From the NCBI RefSeq assembly GCF_006345805.1, contig NC_043017.1, positions 14,198,001-14,262,000 of the forward strand: a stretch of 64,000 nucleotides of DNA, in the 5' to 3' direction. The translations under genes and the position numbers were made by a program. A model generated the notes under the pieces. That model worked only from the letters and a program-made list of their open reading frames with translations. It was not told the origin of the DNA and ran no database searches. The stretch comes from Octopus sinensis. Its lineage: Eukaryota. Of this stretch, positions 38,143-52,387 are shown one piece after another. Numbering within the stretch: the stretch's first letter is position 1; each line of letters starts with the position of its first letter.

Positions 38143-38879
38143 AGGAAAGGGAGAGAAAGAGAGTGTGAGATTTGAGAAATAAAAGGAAAAAAATGTACAT
38201 TTTATATTGCAATTTGAAATCAGAAATCATTCCAAAGAATGAAATTTAAATAAAAAAAATTATAAAATTGCAAAGTTGAATGTGTTGTTTATAAATTGTC
38301 AGCTTTAAATGTAACTTAATTTCATGCTTTATTAAAAATACTGGATGATAGTAGTGACATCTAAACAGATTGCAACCAGTTGACAGAATTTATGGGGACA
38401 CTCAATAAATGGTGGCATGGCTCTTCAATTGTCACTGTGGGGCAGTGCCCCAAACTTTGGAATAGCTTTGATAGAGGATCTCTATTGTAAGAACCCTGCT
38501 CTTTGGTATCTTTAGATATAAAATGCAAATGTCTAAAATATATATTCAGTTTCAATCTTGGTTGAACAAAATTTAACTGAAAGTGGACTTAATAGGAATA
38601 ACTATTGAGAAATAGAGGAAATTGTGGAAGAACTCAATAAGTGAAGAATCTTGTATTTTGGACACTTGACCTTCACCTGAAAGTCAAGAAAACAAAGTGT
38701 GGAATGAAGACCACAACCAGTTTTCAGATCATATTAAATGTGTTTGTTGTTAATTATGAAGTCAAATAAGATTTTAATTGGGTTTTGGAATCAAAAGAGC
38801 ACTATGACCATGAAATTCTAAGATATACATAGGAGAGTATTGTAGTTTGCTTGAAGCATTGTGTATTGTTTGTAAAATA

Positions 38880-40211
38880 TAATGTGTCTTGAATGGCACA
38901 ACAATGCACCATAATAACAATAATGGATTATAATAACTGTTATAATTTAATCATCCATAGTCTGATACAACATTTCGGAAAATTAAAAATTCCTTCTTCA
39001 GATATTCCTAGGAATTGATCGAATCACTGCTATGATCAGTTTTCCAATGGTCTTCTTTTTTTCCGGAAGCATTTCTACAAGAAAGCAGCCAGTAGAGATA
39101 GGTTTGTCCAGTACAATTCAGCACTTCCACTTGGTGCCAAACTAAGATATGCCAGAAATGAACTTGCACGCATCCAGAGCAAGTGCAGCAGGACAGAGTG
39201 TAAGGTGAGCCACACTACATGCTTCCTAGAAATATTGAAAACCAACGGGTACCCTATATCCAATATAAATCGGTTTAAGTACCCAAGATGACCAACATGC
39301 CGAACACATAGAAAACCCAGCAACACATGCTTCCTTAAAATAGCCCACTTTAGTGAGGGGATAACTACAGCCATCTGAAAGGCCATAAGAAGAGAAGGAC
39401 TAGACATACAACCAGCCCACTCCAGCCCCTCTCTGAAAAGGCACCTCACAAAGAAACGAGCAAGGGACAGCAATCAATGCACACTAGCAAACTGTCCCAT
39501 CCGTGACACAGATTTATGCTAACAGGGAAATGTTGTGTATAGAATACAATGTAACAAATGCAACAAGTTCTATGTGGGTAGCACAACAAGACCGTTACAC
39601 ATTGACATCAAAGAACATCTGAACACAAGAGTCTCTTCCTTCAGAAAATATCTAGACAGATGCTGGAACACCAACAAAAGCATAACAGTCACAATTGAGG
39701 TCAATGAAAGAAATTTGGGTAATTTAGGAATTAAGGAAGCTATCCTCATAGATAGACTAGGGCTCAAAATAAGAACAGGCTGCAGGTTGGCAGTCATTAT
39801 ATTATTTAGCTACATCTGGATGTGTGTAGGTTCATTTTTGATGATATGCTCATGTATTTTTTATAAAAAAGAAGAAAGATAAAAAAAGGAAACTGCACGT
39901 ATAATACAAAACTTAGAAGCAGCACTACGGCTGTACCAGCACACACAAGCTTGAAACATGGCTGCCCTCACACACTCCTCATGAGGAATTCCGGAAGGAG
40001 CTTCGTGAGACCACTGCAGAGATGCTTCCAGAAAGAAAAAACCGTTGCAAAACCGATTACAGCAGTGATTCGATCAATTCCTAAGGATATCTGAAGAAGG
40101 AATTTTTATATTCCAAAATATCATATCAGACTATGGATGATTAAATTACACCAGTTATTATAGTCCATCATTGTTATTATGGTGCATTGTTGCACCATTC
40201 AAAACACATTA
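38880..40211 (+). mobile_element. 5'-truncated Penelope-like element (RT thumb/linker + GIY-YIG) with ~195-bp inverted arms
   Basis: LKTNGYP...NCPIRDTDLC..NVVYRIQCNKCNKFYVGSTTRPLHIDIKEHL...KEAILI. Arm 38880-39078 is the reverse complement of 40015-40211. Confidence 0.88.
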
Positions 40212-41169
40212 AGATATATGTATTTCATTGTGGGAGTTAACATCTCCGATTTCCATATTGCAGCAGGTTGTGCTGAAGTGGCCCTCACTGCCACTTCATC
40301 AGGAAAAGGAGCACCACAGGGATCAACCATCTTTCAAACCCTTTCCCTCTTTAATATTAACAACAATTAACAATGCATTTTTAGAAAGAGTATGACGTAT
40401 ATTGATTCTATATTTTGATAATTATTGCAATTAGTGGACAATAATTTCATTGGTTGCAGCTGCCTCCCACCCAATAACACAAGACATTTGGTTCACTGAT
40501 GGTCTTAACAGTGGAACTTGAGTATCTGCACCCTGAGGCAGAGCAAACATCTCAAAGGACATTGTTTATAAAGTACAAGCTTTTTGATTTACTCCACTTG
40601 ACATTAGTGAGGCCTCAAAGTCACAGTTTTTGTTCTAAATGACACAAAACTAATTAGGTGTTGCTCTTAGGTAAGATTAAAATATAATTGCTAAGATCCA
40701 CAAACAGAGAGAGAAAAGGTGTGTGTGTGTGTGTGTGTGGGGGGTGAATGCTATTATGACAGCACATTAATAACTTTGAGGTAACCTTTCAAACTAGAAA
40801 ACAAAAATAACAAAGAATAAAAACCAGAGTTGAGCATGGAAACAGATGAGGTGTTTTAAAAACAAAAAAAAAAGACTAACAATTTCGTTGTTAAACAACT
40901 GTATGCTCTGCAATGCATGGAGCTTGCATTTCTGCTGATCTTGCAATGCAAAAATGAAGACAAAGGAAGATGCTGTTGTTGCTTAACTGACTGAACAGAT
41001 CTGGGACTTATGGCATTCCAACCATGACCATTCTGTCTTTTCCCAATGTGCAGGGAACCCTGTACCACATCTAACATGCCAGTCTTCTAGGACGGTAGGG
41101 TATGATTTGAGGTAATTCAACTGCTGTTTCTAGCAAACTAAGTGACTCTGCAGAGACTTGTGTTCAGCT

Positions 41170-41580
41170 TTGGCTGAACAGCATTTTTCTGTGATGGCAA
41201 CTCAACGGGAAAATCATTACCCAACCATAAGATTTCAGGTTCGGTCCTACTACACAGTAACTTGGGAATGTGTTTTCTACTACAGCCATGGGGTAACCAA
41301 AGCCTTGTGAGTGGATTTGGTAGGCAGAAGAGGGAAACTGAAAGAATCCCACCATGTGTGTGTGTGTGATGTGTGTGTCCTTGTCGTGACATGATGAGAT
41401 GGTTGAAAATAAACTTCACCATCATATAGGAGATGTTATTCCTTTGAAGTCTTCTGTGTAAAACATATCTGGCCATGGGGGAAATATTACCTCACTTGGG
41501 AACCAGTGGGGGTTGGTGACAGAAAGGGCATCCAGCCATAGAAAAATTGCCTCGACCAATTCTGTCTGGACCATGGAGAT
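41170..41580 (+). mobile_element. SINE family B, degenerate
   Basis: aaccataagatttcaggttcggtcctact...aaagccttgtgagtggatttggtag...aaactgaaagaa matches the intact copy at 58785-59200. Confidence 0.7.
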
Positions 41581-41954
41581 ATTGACAAGTTGATGTTACA
41601 ATGATGTCACAAAACAAACCTGTAATTTTGATAAACTATCTCTAAAGGCATCTCTTTATATATGAAGCAAAGACATTTAATTCTAGCTGTTCGATTTCCC
41701 TTGCCATGGAAGAGTCTGATTATGACTACTGTAGTCCTTATTACACTTCCATCTGACCATAATGTAGCTAATTATTACATTTAATAATGATACGGGTAAT
41801 AATAACAACAATAATAATAGTAATAGCTGATATTTTCAATGTTAATAAACAACAGATTTAACAACAAATGACAGACAGGACAAGATTGAAATATAATAAA
41901 GAAGAGAAAAAAGTTGCATTAACTATAAAGCATTTTGAATAGTAACATAATAAT

Positions 41955-42165
41955 AATAATCCTTTCTACTATAGGCAAAAGGCCTGAAATACAAGGGGGG
42001 GAGAAGGCTAGTCAATTAGATTGACCGCAGTGCTTGTCTGGTACTTATTTTATCAAGCCTGAAAGGATGAAAGTTAAAGTCAACCTCAGTGGAATTTGAA
42101 CTCAGAACATAAAGACAGACAAAATGCTGCTAAGCATTTTGTCCAGCATGCTAACAATTCTGCTT
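41955..42165 (-). mobile_element. SINE family A
   Basis: tcctttctactataggcaaaaggcctgaaat...aaggatgaaagttaaagtcaacctcagtggaatttgaactcagaac...ctaacaattctgc. Confidence 0.8.
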
Positions 42166-42197
42166 TAATAATAATAATAATAATAACAATAATAATA

Positions 42198-42246
<49 letters not shown>

Positions 42247-42530
42247 TAATAATAATAATGATAATGATAATAATAATGATAATAATAATAATAATAATAA
42301 CAATAATAATAATAATGATAATGATAATAATAATGATAATAATAATAATAATAATAACAATAATAATAATAATAATAATAATATAATAATAATAATAATA
42401 ATAATAACAATAATAATAATAATGATAATGATAATATAATGATAATAATAATAATAATAATAACAATAATAATAATAATGATAATGATAATAATAATGAT
42501 AATAATAATAATAAAATAACAATAATAATA

Positions 42531-42573
<43 letters not shown>

Positions 42574-42581
42574 TAATAATA

Positions 42582-42624
<43 letters not shown>

Positions 42625-42638
42625 TAATAATAATAATG

Positions 42639-42729
<91 letters not shown>

Positions 42730-43006
42730 TAATAATAATAATAATGATGATAATAATAATGATAGTAATAATAATAATAATAATGATAATAATAATAATG
42801 ATAATAATAATAATGATAATAATAATAATAATATAATGATGATAATAATAATGATAGTAATAATAATAATAATAATGATAATAATAATAATGATAATAAT
42901 AATAATAATGATAATAATAATAATAATAATAATGATGATAATAATAATGATAGTAATAATAATAATAATAATGATAATAATAATAATGATAATAATAATA
43001 ATAATG

Positions 43007-43042
<36 letters not shown>

Positions 43043-43055
43043 GTAATAATAATAT
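42165..43055. repeat. ~890-bp compound (TAA/TGA/CAA)n microsatellite with higher-order repeats
   Basis: Read directly. It is the source of the poly-I, poly-L and poly-Y ORFs. Confidence 0.95.
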
Positions 43056-45156
43056 GTATAAATCGGGAGAAAACAAAATAAAACAAATAATTCATTTGAA
43101 AAAATGACATTTTATGAGAAAATTTAACTTTAAATTAAAACCCATTTTATTTATTTTTGTAGCTCAGTCAATGAGGAATGACAGTAGCTGTAACCCTAAA
43201 AGAGGCTGATTGTGTTGTCATTAGAAAGTATATGAGGAAGTTATCCCTACACCTGATCTGGATGCTTGCAATGGAACAAGCCCTACCAAAGACACTTCCG
43301 GAACTCAGTAGCAGGTTTATACTGGGCAACAGACCAAGTCAACTGCTCAAGCCTCCTACAGGCTTCCATACAATTTCTTTCTATCAAATTTTATAATGTT
43401 TTGGTTGAGTCAAGGCTATGGTAGAAATACTTGTCCAAGGTGCCACATAATGGAACTGAACCAGAAACCATATACTTGTGGAATAAACTTATTAACCACA
43501 CAAACATATATATATATATATGTGTGTATGTATATTGAATGGTTAAATGTTATTTCAGTGTCAGCTGGAAACATTTAACTTCTGTTATCTTAGAAGTGTT
43601 TATTTTATTAAATATTGGTGAATATTTTAAAGATTCATAACTAATTCTAAGTATGATATTTTGCACAAGAATTAATGAATTATAATAAAATATTTAAATT
43701 TTTAGAATAGAAAATTAATTATTAGATAATTGCTTCACAAACTAAATTAAAGTTGCCGATTATTCTCTGCCTTATTTCATAAGAGAAATTATCAAAATAT
43801 TTTGAATAAAATATGGAAATGAGAATAAGTTAATTGTAAAGTGTTTACATCTGAAAGACTGTCATTAAGTGATATGGCTGTTAATAAGAAGAGAATTGCT
43901 TTATACCATGGTAAAATACTAGAGTAGATTTAAGCATCAGAGCCAATTTATTTTTTAACTATATGGATTTGGGTGATGAATAACAGTATTAAAATTTTTT
44001 TAATGGGATTAAACATAAAACAGGAAGTATTCTATTGCGTTTTATACCATACTGTATATTGTATGACACTTGAATCATTCAAAGTGTGACTACAGAAAGC
44101 CCTGCTCACCTATGTAGTCTAATAGCAGAGGTTGAACAAAACTGTATTTCACGAGAAATGGTCACTGCTGTGCATTTGATATTTATAGAAATAAAATGTT
44201 TGGTTTTAATCAGAGGAGGAAGGCTAGAAACAATGTTTTAACAGGGCCTCCAACAGTGTTGACACTTTTGTATAAGACACCTCATCCAAATGCTTTCAAC
44301 AGAGTGAAATCTGTAAAAGTTCCTCAAGGTTCAGGTGATGGGGGTGGGGTGGGGTGAAGGGGATTAGCTCTGTTTTTCAATACATAACATATAAATAAAT
44401 AGTTTATTTGAAGAAGAAGAACTCAATTAAACTATCGTTTAGATCTTAAATCTATAACTGGGTAAACTTAAACAACTTAAGTTAAAAGTGTTCTTTTTTT
44501 TTCTTGATAATAAATATAAGAGACTTCAATCAGAGACCAACAACTTTCTTTTGTAATGGCCACAGATATCATAGTTTACAAACAAACATGGCCTTGTTCC
44601 CACCCCATTTCCATCACTGGCAATTCATATGGAAGCAAAATTCAAATCATAACACAAAAGACAGTCTAAAAGACATTGATACTCAACAACCCACAAATAC
44701 ATTCAATTTGAACCGTTCTGAGGCCCACTGAGAACATCTAGTTTACTTGCATGCCATTCCTCATATGTTGCCAATTCTTGATTTTAATCAATAGACACAC
44801 GATGCAGTTATCTTTGATGTATTGCCAGGTACAAAGAATTCAGACCCAATAAAGTAATAAAATTAACAGTTCTTAACAGTATTTAAACACTAGTTTGGAG
44901 GAAAGGACTAATCTGTAACTTTCATGGCCATTCCACTTCCAAGACTAGTGAAGCAATGCTGTTAATGTTCCTTTTGAAGAAGTTAAATGTTTTGAAATGC
45001 ACAGAGTTTCATTTAACTTATTCATACAGAATCTTATTTTCTAAATGGTTCAGTCACAATCATAAAAAAGGCCAAAATTCAACCCCACAAATCACCTGGG
45101 AATCAGCTATCCTCCTTATAACCAAACAGAAATTTGAGTAAGCTATTTATTATTTA

Positions 45157-45375
45157 GTGGAGGCACGTGGCTTAGTGGTTAGGGTGTCAGTATCATGATC
45201 ATAAGATTGTGATTTCAATTCCTGGACCAGGCAACGCATTTTGTTCCAGTCCACTCAACTGACAAAAATGAGTAACGCTGCGATAGACTGGCGTCCCGTC
45301 CAGCTGGGGAACACATACGCCATTGAAACCGGGAAACTGGGCTCATGAGCCTGGCTAGGCTTTAAAAAGGGTGTA
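45157..45375 (+). mobile_element. tRNA-derived SINE family C
   Basis: ggaggcacgtggcttagtggttagggtg (A-box-like)...gatttcaattcctgg (B-box-like)...gagcctggctaggctttaaaaagg. Confidence 0.8.
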
Positions 45376-45848
45376 TTGATTTTTTTATTTTTATTTCTTA
45401 TTTCCTTTAATACACCATTTATCAGAACCTGGCTTTTGGGATTGGTTTACAATGTGGTTTTTCAATAAATAAATTGCATGGAAAACCATTGCTAGAGTTT
45501 CAATTTGAAGTAAATATTAGGAGAACATCTTTTATTCTAAGATGTGTTGGGGTTTCACAATCATAATGTCATGGGTTCGATTCTTGGACTGGGTGGCCTG
45601 TTGTGTCATGTTGCTCCACCCTACTCAACTAAAATGAATACCAGCTGAGGAAGCCCCCTCTCTCCTTCCTGCTGTCACATCCTTGATGTTCTGTGCTGGG
45701 CCAAAAGTTACCAACATGGCATCTATATCTGTTTGTGACTACGCAGGCACCTTAAACTATTAGTGAAAGTAAGGTACATGTTACTAAATCATACTTGTAA
45801 GTGCGAGGTTTAAGATAAAAATATTTGTATAAATATTGTGTGTGAATG

Positions 45849-45885
<37 letters not shown>

Positions 45886-45900
45886 TCATGCATGTATGTA

Positions 45901-46801
45901 TGAGATGGTGTCAAAAAGTTCCCAGATTTGTTCTATAGCACACTAACAGATAGTAGCACACAGATGTGTGTGCAGTGAGATCTAGCAGTGATCTTCATGA
46001 TGCAGTGGGCTGAGTGACATTGCTGTGTTTACTTTGCAAGTTGTGAAATTTGTGTTTTTGTGATCCCATGTGTCTGCTGTAGTCTGCGACTTTTGTCATG
46101 AACGGAAAGTTTGAACAAAGAGGCAATGTAAAGTTTTGCATTAAACTTAGGAGTCTGCTACAGAGACATTGAGTATGCCTTAGCAAGTTTACGGCAATGA
46201 AGCAATGGGTCGTATGGTGCTTCAGAAGGCACGACAGAGCCACAGCTCAGTCAAGAGCATGCTCATTGTTTTTGTGACATCCAAAGTATTGTGCATTGAA
46301 GATTTCTTCCCCAGAGCCAGACCATCAGTTGAGAGTTCTACCATGATGTTTTGAAGCATTTGAGGGAGGGGATTTGGTGAAAGTGACTGGATCTGTGGAG
46401 AATTGGATGAAGAATTGGATTCTTCCTGATGACAATGCACCCTGTCATGGAGCTGTTCTAATTTATGAGTTTCTTGCCAAAAACAACATATTGGCTTCTG
46501 CACCCACCCTATTCAACAGATTTGGCAGCTGCAGACTTCATTCTCCTCCACAAGATGAAAATGCAACTCAGAGGTTGCTGTTTTAACATCTTTGTTAAGA
46601 TCAAGAGCAAATCACTGAAGGACCTCGATTTGTTTGTGGAAGACAACTTCCAAGCCAGATTCTAAAAGTGACAGGAATGCCAGGACTGGTGTATTGATGT
46701 GCAAGGTGACTATTTTGAAGGAGATAATATTAAAACTTAGAGGTAAATTAGTTATGTTTTATTGAACACAACTAGCCTGGGAACATTCTGATACCACCTC
46801 A
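45901..46801 (+). mobile_element. mariner element, internally deleted, both TIRs retained
   Basis: TA|tgagatggtgtcaaaaagttccca ... tgggaacattctgataccacctca|TA. FEQRGNVKFCIKL, LHPPYSTDLAAADF and CIDVQGDYFEGD fragments. Confidence 0.9.
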
Positions 46802-47962
46802 TATGTCTGCATGTGTGTGTACGTGTGTGAGCATGCGCATATATATATGTTGAAGGCTTTTCTTAAATTGTCATAAGTGATGAAATATAAAATCACCAAC
46901 CAAGCTAAAATTTGTGTAGGAGCAGACACAATGTTTTCTTTTGAAGACATTCAAAAGATAATGTTTAAATTAAGTTAAAGAAACATTAGAAAGTCGGAAA
47001 AAAATTTTTAATTCTTTTAGTTTGAAGGCAAAGATAACAAATGAACTTGTGTGAGCCAAAACAGAAGGGAAAAACAAAAGAGGAGATATTAGTTTGATAA
47101 TGTTAGAACTATATAAATCCCAAAATATCTGTCTTTTTTATATTTTCAGAAGCAACTTTGATTGGGAAAAATTCAATAAAATTTATGTCTTTTACACAAA
47201 TACTTGTTTTAGCTGTAAATTTGAGGAAGTTGAGTCACATTATTGAATTTTTGGTGAGTTTCTATGAATTCCAGAAATAAACTTCCTTTCAATGAAAAGC
47301 TTAATAACGAAATTGAAGCATTATAAACTAGACAAATATAAAAATAATAAAATAAAGATGCAAAAGAAATAGAAAATATATAAATAAAACGTACATAATT
47401 GAAGGTTGAGATAAGCAAAACAAAAAATAAATTAAAAAAAATAAAATTTGCAGAAAAATAAAATATTTCAGTAACAAATTATTTCTAAAAAGTAAATTCT
47501 GTAGCTTCACTCCAGAGTTAAAATGTTTTCTAATGTTAGAACAAAACAAAGGGTTGATCTAATTAAGAAGGTGTAGACTCATGGCAATAAATAGAAATAT
47601 TTCATATAATAAAATTATTTATCATAAAAATGTCACATTTTGTGGATTAAAACATTGAATAATTATAGAAAAGAGAGTAAAAGAGAAGTTTTAAATGGAA
47701 GTAGGCCAAGTGTTATAGAATGATATCGGTGCAAGATAAATTGAAAAAGAAGAGTTATTACAGTGCTTTTAGCTTTTAAATGGCTTCAAAAACATTCAAC
47801 AGAAGCTTTGCTTGAAATATTGGCAAAAGTCAAATCAAGAGAAAAAATAGTTTTGATTAGAGATAAGGCAAGAACAAGCAGAAAAGAAAAACCTTAGGTA
47901 AAGAGAGATAAAAAAACAGAAAGAGATAAAGTATATTGTATAGAGGAGATAGAAAGAAAGAG

Positions 47963-48055
<93 letters not shown>

Positions 48056-49787
48056 CAGTGTTTAAAGAGATAAAGGAAAATCATAGAATGAAAATTAAAC
48101 CATGAAATTCCAAAATAATTTAAGAAAAATGGTTTATGATGGGAATATTTTGAGTAAAGAATCTTTTAGGTATTGTGCATTGTATAGAGACTAAAGGAGT
48201 GAAGTGATGAGTAAAATGTTGTTGGCCAGCATCCATACATTCTTATGTAGGACTCAGTTACATGGGTTTGATCCCGTTGCCAGAATAGATGTGAAATAGC
48301 TTCTAAATTGTAAGTTGTGTGTCATGGCAAATGTTTGCTCTGTCAGAAGTATAAACCTACAACAACACTGCGAAGGCCTAAAAGACTTCAATGTGAATTC
48401 AGAATAATAGGAAAAGTTTGTTTCACAGTGATTTACCTGACACAAACTGTGCAGAAAGCATAGCATCTGAGATCAGACAAACTATGCAGAAGACAGAGAT
48501 AGGAAAGTTCAGCGCCATGATTGATACACGTAGAATTCTGCCCATTGCTTTAGTCAAATGTGGCAGTTTTGTGTTTTGTTTCTATTTATTAGCCATTTGT
48601 GGACATGGGTAACAGTGTGTTTAATATCCTACAGTCAAGCTGACACACAAATGCAATCACTTCAAAAATATTCAACAATATTTCTTGTAGACAAAAACAA
48701 ACAAATGGCTGTATATATATAATGGATGTATATGTATTTGTGGCAATGTACGGTGTATAACAGATCTCTGTCTTTGTGAAGATCTGTAATAAGTCAATCC
48801 CGCTTCAATCAATGATTGGAGTGAATTTAGCAGTGAAATTTCATTAGAAAGATGACTCTAGCAGGGGGTAACGAGTCTTAAAGGAAACACATTTTGGGGC
48901 TGTGTAACTTGTAGCAGCACAACTTGCCATCTGATGTCGACATTCAGACTTATGGTACAGACCAAAGACTATTGAGAATCAAGACAATTCTGAAGATGAT
49001 TGAAACTGGTTTACAGATGATAGCAGAGCCAAAAGTCAGTGGCACCAGCTGTGAGTGGTCCCCAGAGCAGATTCATATGAGATTCTACAGGAGAAATACA
49101 AATCATTCTAATGCCAAACTCCCACTTGCACACCTGTCTGTATTTATTGGTGCCAGTACAGTGGCAAGAATATGTAAGAGGGAGTTTGGCAGAGGCAGTC
49201 ACAATGTCATAGAGAGCAACTTCTTAATCCAGGTACACCCCCAGTGATAGGCAACATTTATATAGGAGAATATTTTGAATATCTTTACTGTAATGCCTTA
49301 AATACTGAAGGCACCATGATAAGCAATATATATCATTACCATCAAAAATATATTAAAACATACAAAAATGTAAACTAATTTAAAGAAATGTTCTGCTCCA
49401 CAAGATATAATGGTAATGAACTATTATAATTCAGTTAATCTTATCATGTACATCATCTACAACTAATAAAATAGCACTATAACTTAGCTAATACTGTATT
49501 CATTATATCTTATATATATATATTCATCATTTTGTCACCTGAAGGATCACATTTTAAATAGCAATAGAGCACATCTGATGTCTCCAAATATTTTTTTACA
49601 AGTACTAAATTTGCTTTCTCCTATGTAAAACCCCAAATGTGTGTTTTGGTTTGCTTTCTAAGTCTGGTTGCCCTTCCTAATACCAACCACTTTATAGAGT
49701 GGACTGCGTGCACATTTTCATGGTATCAGCACAGGTGAGGTCACCTTATCACTTGCAAGATTAAAGATGACTGAACAAGGAGGTGGG

Positions 49788-49825
<38 letters not shown>

Positions 49826-50329
49826 GAATTAGGAGAAATGATGAGAGAAGCTAAAGTATGAATGGGCCAGAAACAGATTTATTGTGAGAAGGGGTCGTGA
49901 AGAGCATAACAGAGTAGACTCTAATGGTGGGAGGTGGGATGTATGGAAGAGTGTCGTATTGGGGTCAGTTAGAAAGAGAGAGAGGGACAGAGTGGAAAGG
50001 ATGATACAGTGGGCTCCAATACCATTGCACATTATAAGGGTAAATAGGGTGGTAGTGTGGGTGGATGGGTGTGGCTGAAAGTGAGATGATCATTTGGAGG
50101 AGCTGTGAGGAGAAAGTGGGTGAAAGATGAAAGTGTTGTGAGGTGGGTCAATAAGAAGAAAAGACATTGATGTGGTGGAGATGATGTCAGGGAGGAGACA
50201 ATGAAAGAAAGAGAAGCAACAATTTGGGGTAACAGTGGATGAGAGCAGTGACAGATGCAAAAGGTTATCATAAAGGTGGCAGGAGGAAGAAAATAAAATT
50301 GATAGAGTGAGACAACATCCTAACTGCTG

Positions 50330-51480
50330 TGTTTCCTCAAGAGAACTGGTTTCCGCAACACAGTATGTTACTAAGAGTCCCTTCTTATCTCTTTTGCTGG
50401 GGACAGCATCACCAGTTTGTTCCATGTCTTACTGGGTCTTCCTCTTCCACAAGCCATATCCAGTTAGAGAACTTAGAACTTTTTATACAGCTATCATCAT
50501 TTATATGCCTTTTACAACATCCTTTTTCTTGCCTATTACACTGGATTCTTCTCATATCCAGTTTCCATCAGTTAATTTTGTGTTCTGTCATCCATCCACA
50601 TTAACATCACATGTCCAATGAAGCAGGCTTGTTTTAGTTCCTTCTAGTGTCCATAAGTCCTCTGCTTTCAAGGTTCAAGTCTTGACCACCATACTCCACA
50701 CATATACATTGTACAATATCTCCATCACTCTGAGGGAGAGGCCATTTGCTACTAGCACAGGTAGTATTGCCTTGAACTTTTCCCACCCCTATCTATTATG
50801 CTATCAGAGCATCTACATCAAGTGCCCTCTTCGAAGATGGGTACACTGAGCAGTTGCCTGGGGACCAATTCTGATCTATGTATGCTGTGACGTGCTGTCT
50901 ATAAATAAATACCACTGGACTGATTTGGTAAGGGACCTATAATACTGCTAGGGCAGTCTTGTCCACATCCTTGGCTAATTATGTCTTTGGTTATAAAACT
51001 ATTAGCTTTTTAAAGGGAGCCTTCTAAGTAGTTGCGAGACTATTCCCTGGATACATTTTGTGTTTTCTGTCTCTAGGCACCATCCATATATAAAGAATAC
51101 CTTAGTTGTTAGCCTGCCTCTCACACCATTACAATTCCTGCATAGCTTTAGTCTTAACTAGATTCACTTTATGTCCATTCAATTCCTGGTTTTGTTTCCA
51201 TGCCCGAAATTTATTATCCAACCCTTCCACAGATCCAACTTAAAGACAAAGGTCACCAACACAGAATTATCAAAGATAGCCACTCTTTGACTCATTTATT
51301 ATAGTTTGGGAGGTTACAATAAATAGAAGAGAGCTGATGTTTGTGCAAAGATGGACCTCAACGTGAATGTCAAATCCATCACTGAAAATACTGGTAAGAC
51401 TCACTTGCTAAATGCATCTTTGTGTACAGCTACTAAACCCTCAAAAGCCATTTGCCAACTCTTGGGTTCTTTAATAACGA
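50330..51480 (-). mobile_element. Highly decayed RTE-type LINE (RT and C-terminus)
   Basis: Minus-strand fragments resemble FxVxVGVHQGSxLSPLLF (~51310-51380) and the C-terminal DDSCIK...GRGRP.KTW segment (~50420-50620). Confidence 0.5.
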
Positions 51481-51738
51481 CCAAATGACAATACAAGGAC
51501 CTTTATTGAAGATGCTAGCTATAGAAGCTTTTTTCTAGCTGTGAGTATACATGCATATAGATATGTATACATCCATATACAAACACACACATGTATATAT
51601 GCATGCATAAACGTATTTATGTATATAAACATGTGCAAATGCATGTGTGTGTACATATATGCATATATGGATGCATAAATATACATGCATGATATATATA
51701 TAAGCATAAATATGTATTTATATACATATATGTATATA

Positions 51739-51788
<50 letters not shown>

Positions 51789-51799
51789 TTATATAAATG

Positions 51800-52310
51800 G
51801 ATATGAATGTTTTTGGGCGTGACAGAGGCAATTACGAAAGACTGAGACCTCTGTAGATATGATGTGACTGTGAAGACCTGGCAAATAAAGTGAGTTCACA
51901 GCAGTATCCTACACAAGTTTTGCATAACCAGCCCAAGTCCACTCAAAGGTACCTTGGATCGTAGGGCGACCTGCTGTTCTTGAGGTGACCTATTGAGCCA
52001 AGTACATCAACATCAACATGAAAATCAAATGGAAATTGTAGTTGTGATCCCAATGCTGGAGGCACATAAAAAGCACCATACAAACATGGCTGATGGCAGT
52101 GCCATCTTGACTGGCTTCCAGGCTGGTGGCACGTAGAAAGCACCCACTACACTCAAAGAGTGATTGGCATTAAGAAGGGCATCCAGCTGTAGAAAAATTG
52201 CCAGATCAGACTGGAGCCTGGTGCAGCCTCCTGGCTTCCCAGACCACAGTCGAACCATTCAACCCATGCCAGCATGGAAAACAGACATTAAACAATGATG
52301 GTGATGACGA
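51800..52310 (+). mobile_element. RTE-type LINE 3' end and tail
   Basis: gtagatatgatgtgactgtgaagacctggcaaataaagtgag, followed by the tail shared with 36945-37155. Confidence 0.65.
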
Positions 52311-52387
52311 CACACACATAAATGAATATATGAATAATTATATATATATATAAATATATAAATATATATAAATATATAAATATATAT

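Noticed and set aside
38361-38555. Minus ORF ...DTKEQGSYNRDPLSKLF...CPTVTIEEP
   Set aside because: Weak acceptor, no good donor, and the phase cannot be tied to the exon chain.
40270-40310. Minus-strand CTGATGA-AGTGGC...GCCACT hairpin as a hammerhead
   Set aside because: There is no GAAA after the stem and no stem I or III.
42086-43110. Long poly-I/L/Y ORFs (up to 319 aa)
   Set aside because: Translations of the (TAA)n array, not genes.
48924-49247. 107-aa plus ORF; WFTDDS here and WFTDG at ~40490
   Set aside because: Only short RNase-H-like words with stops nearby. Probably retroelement fossils, too weak to annotate.
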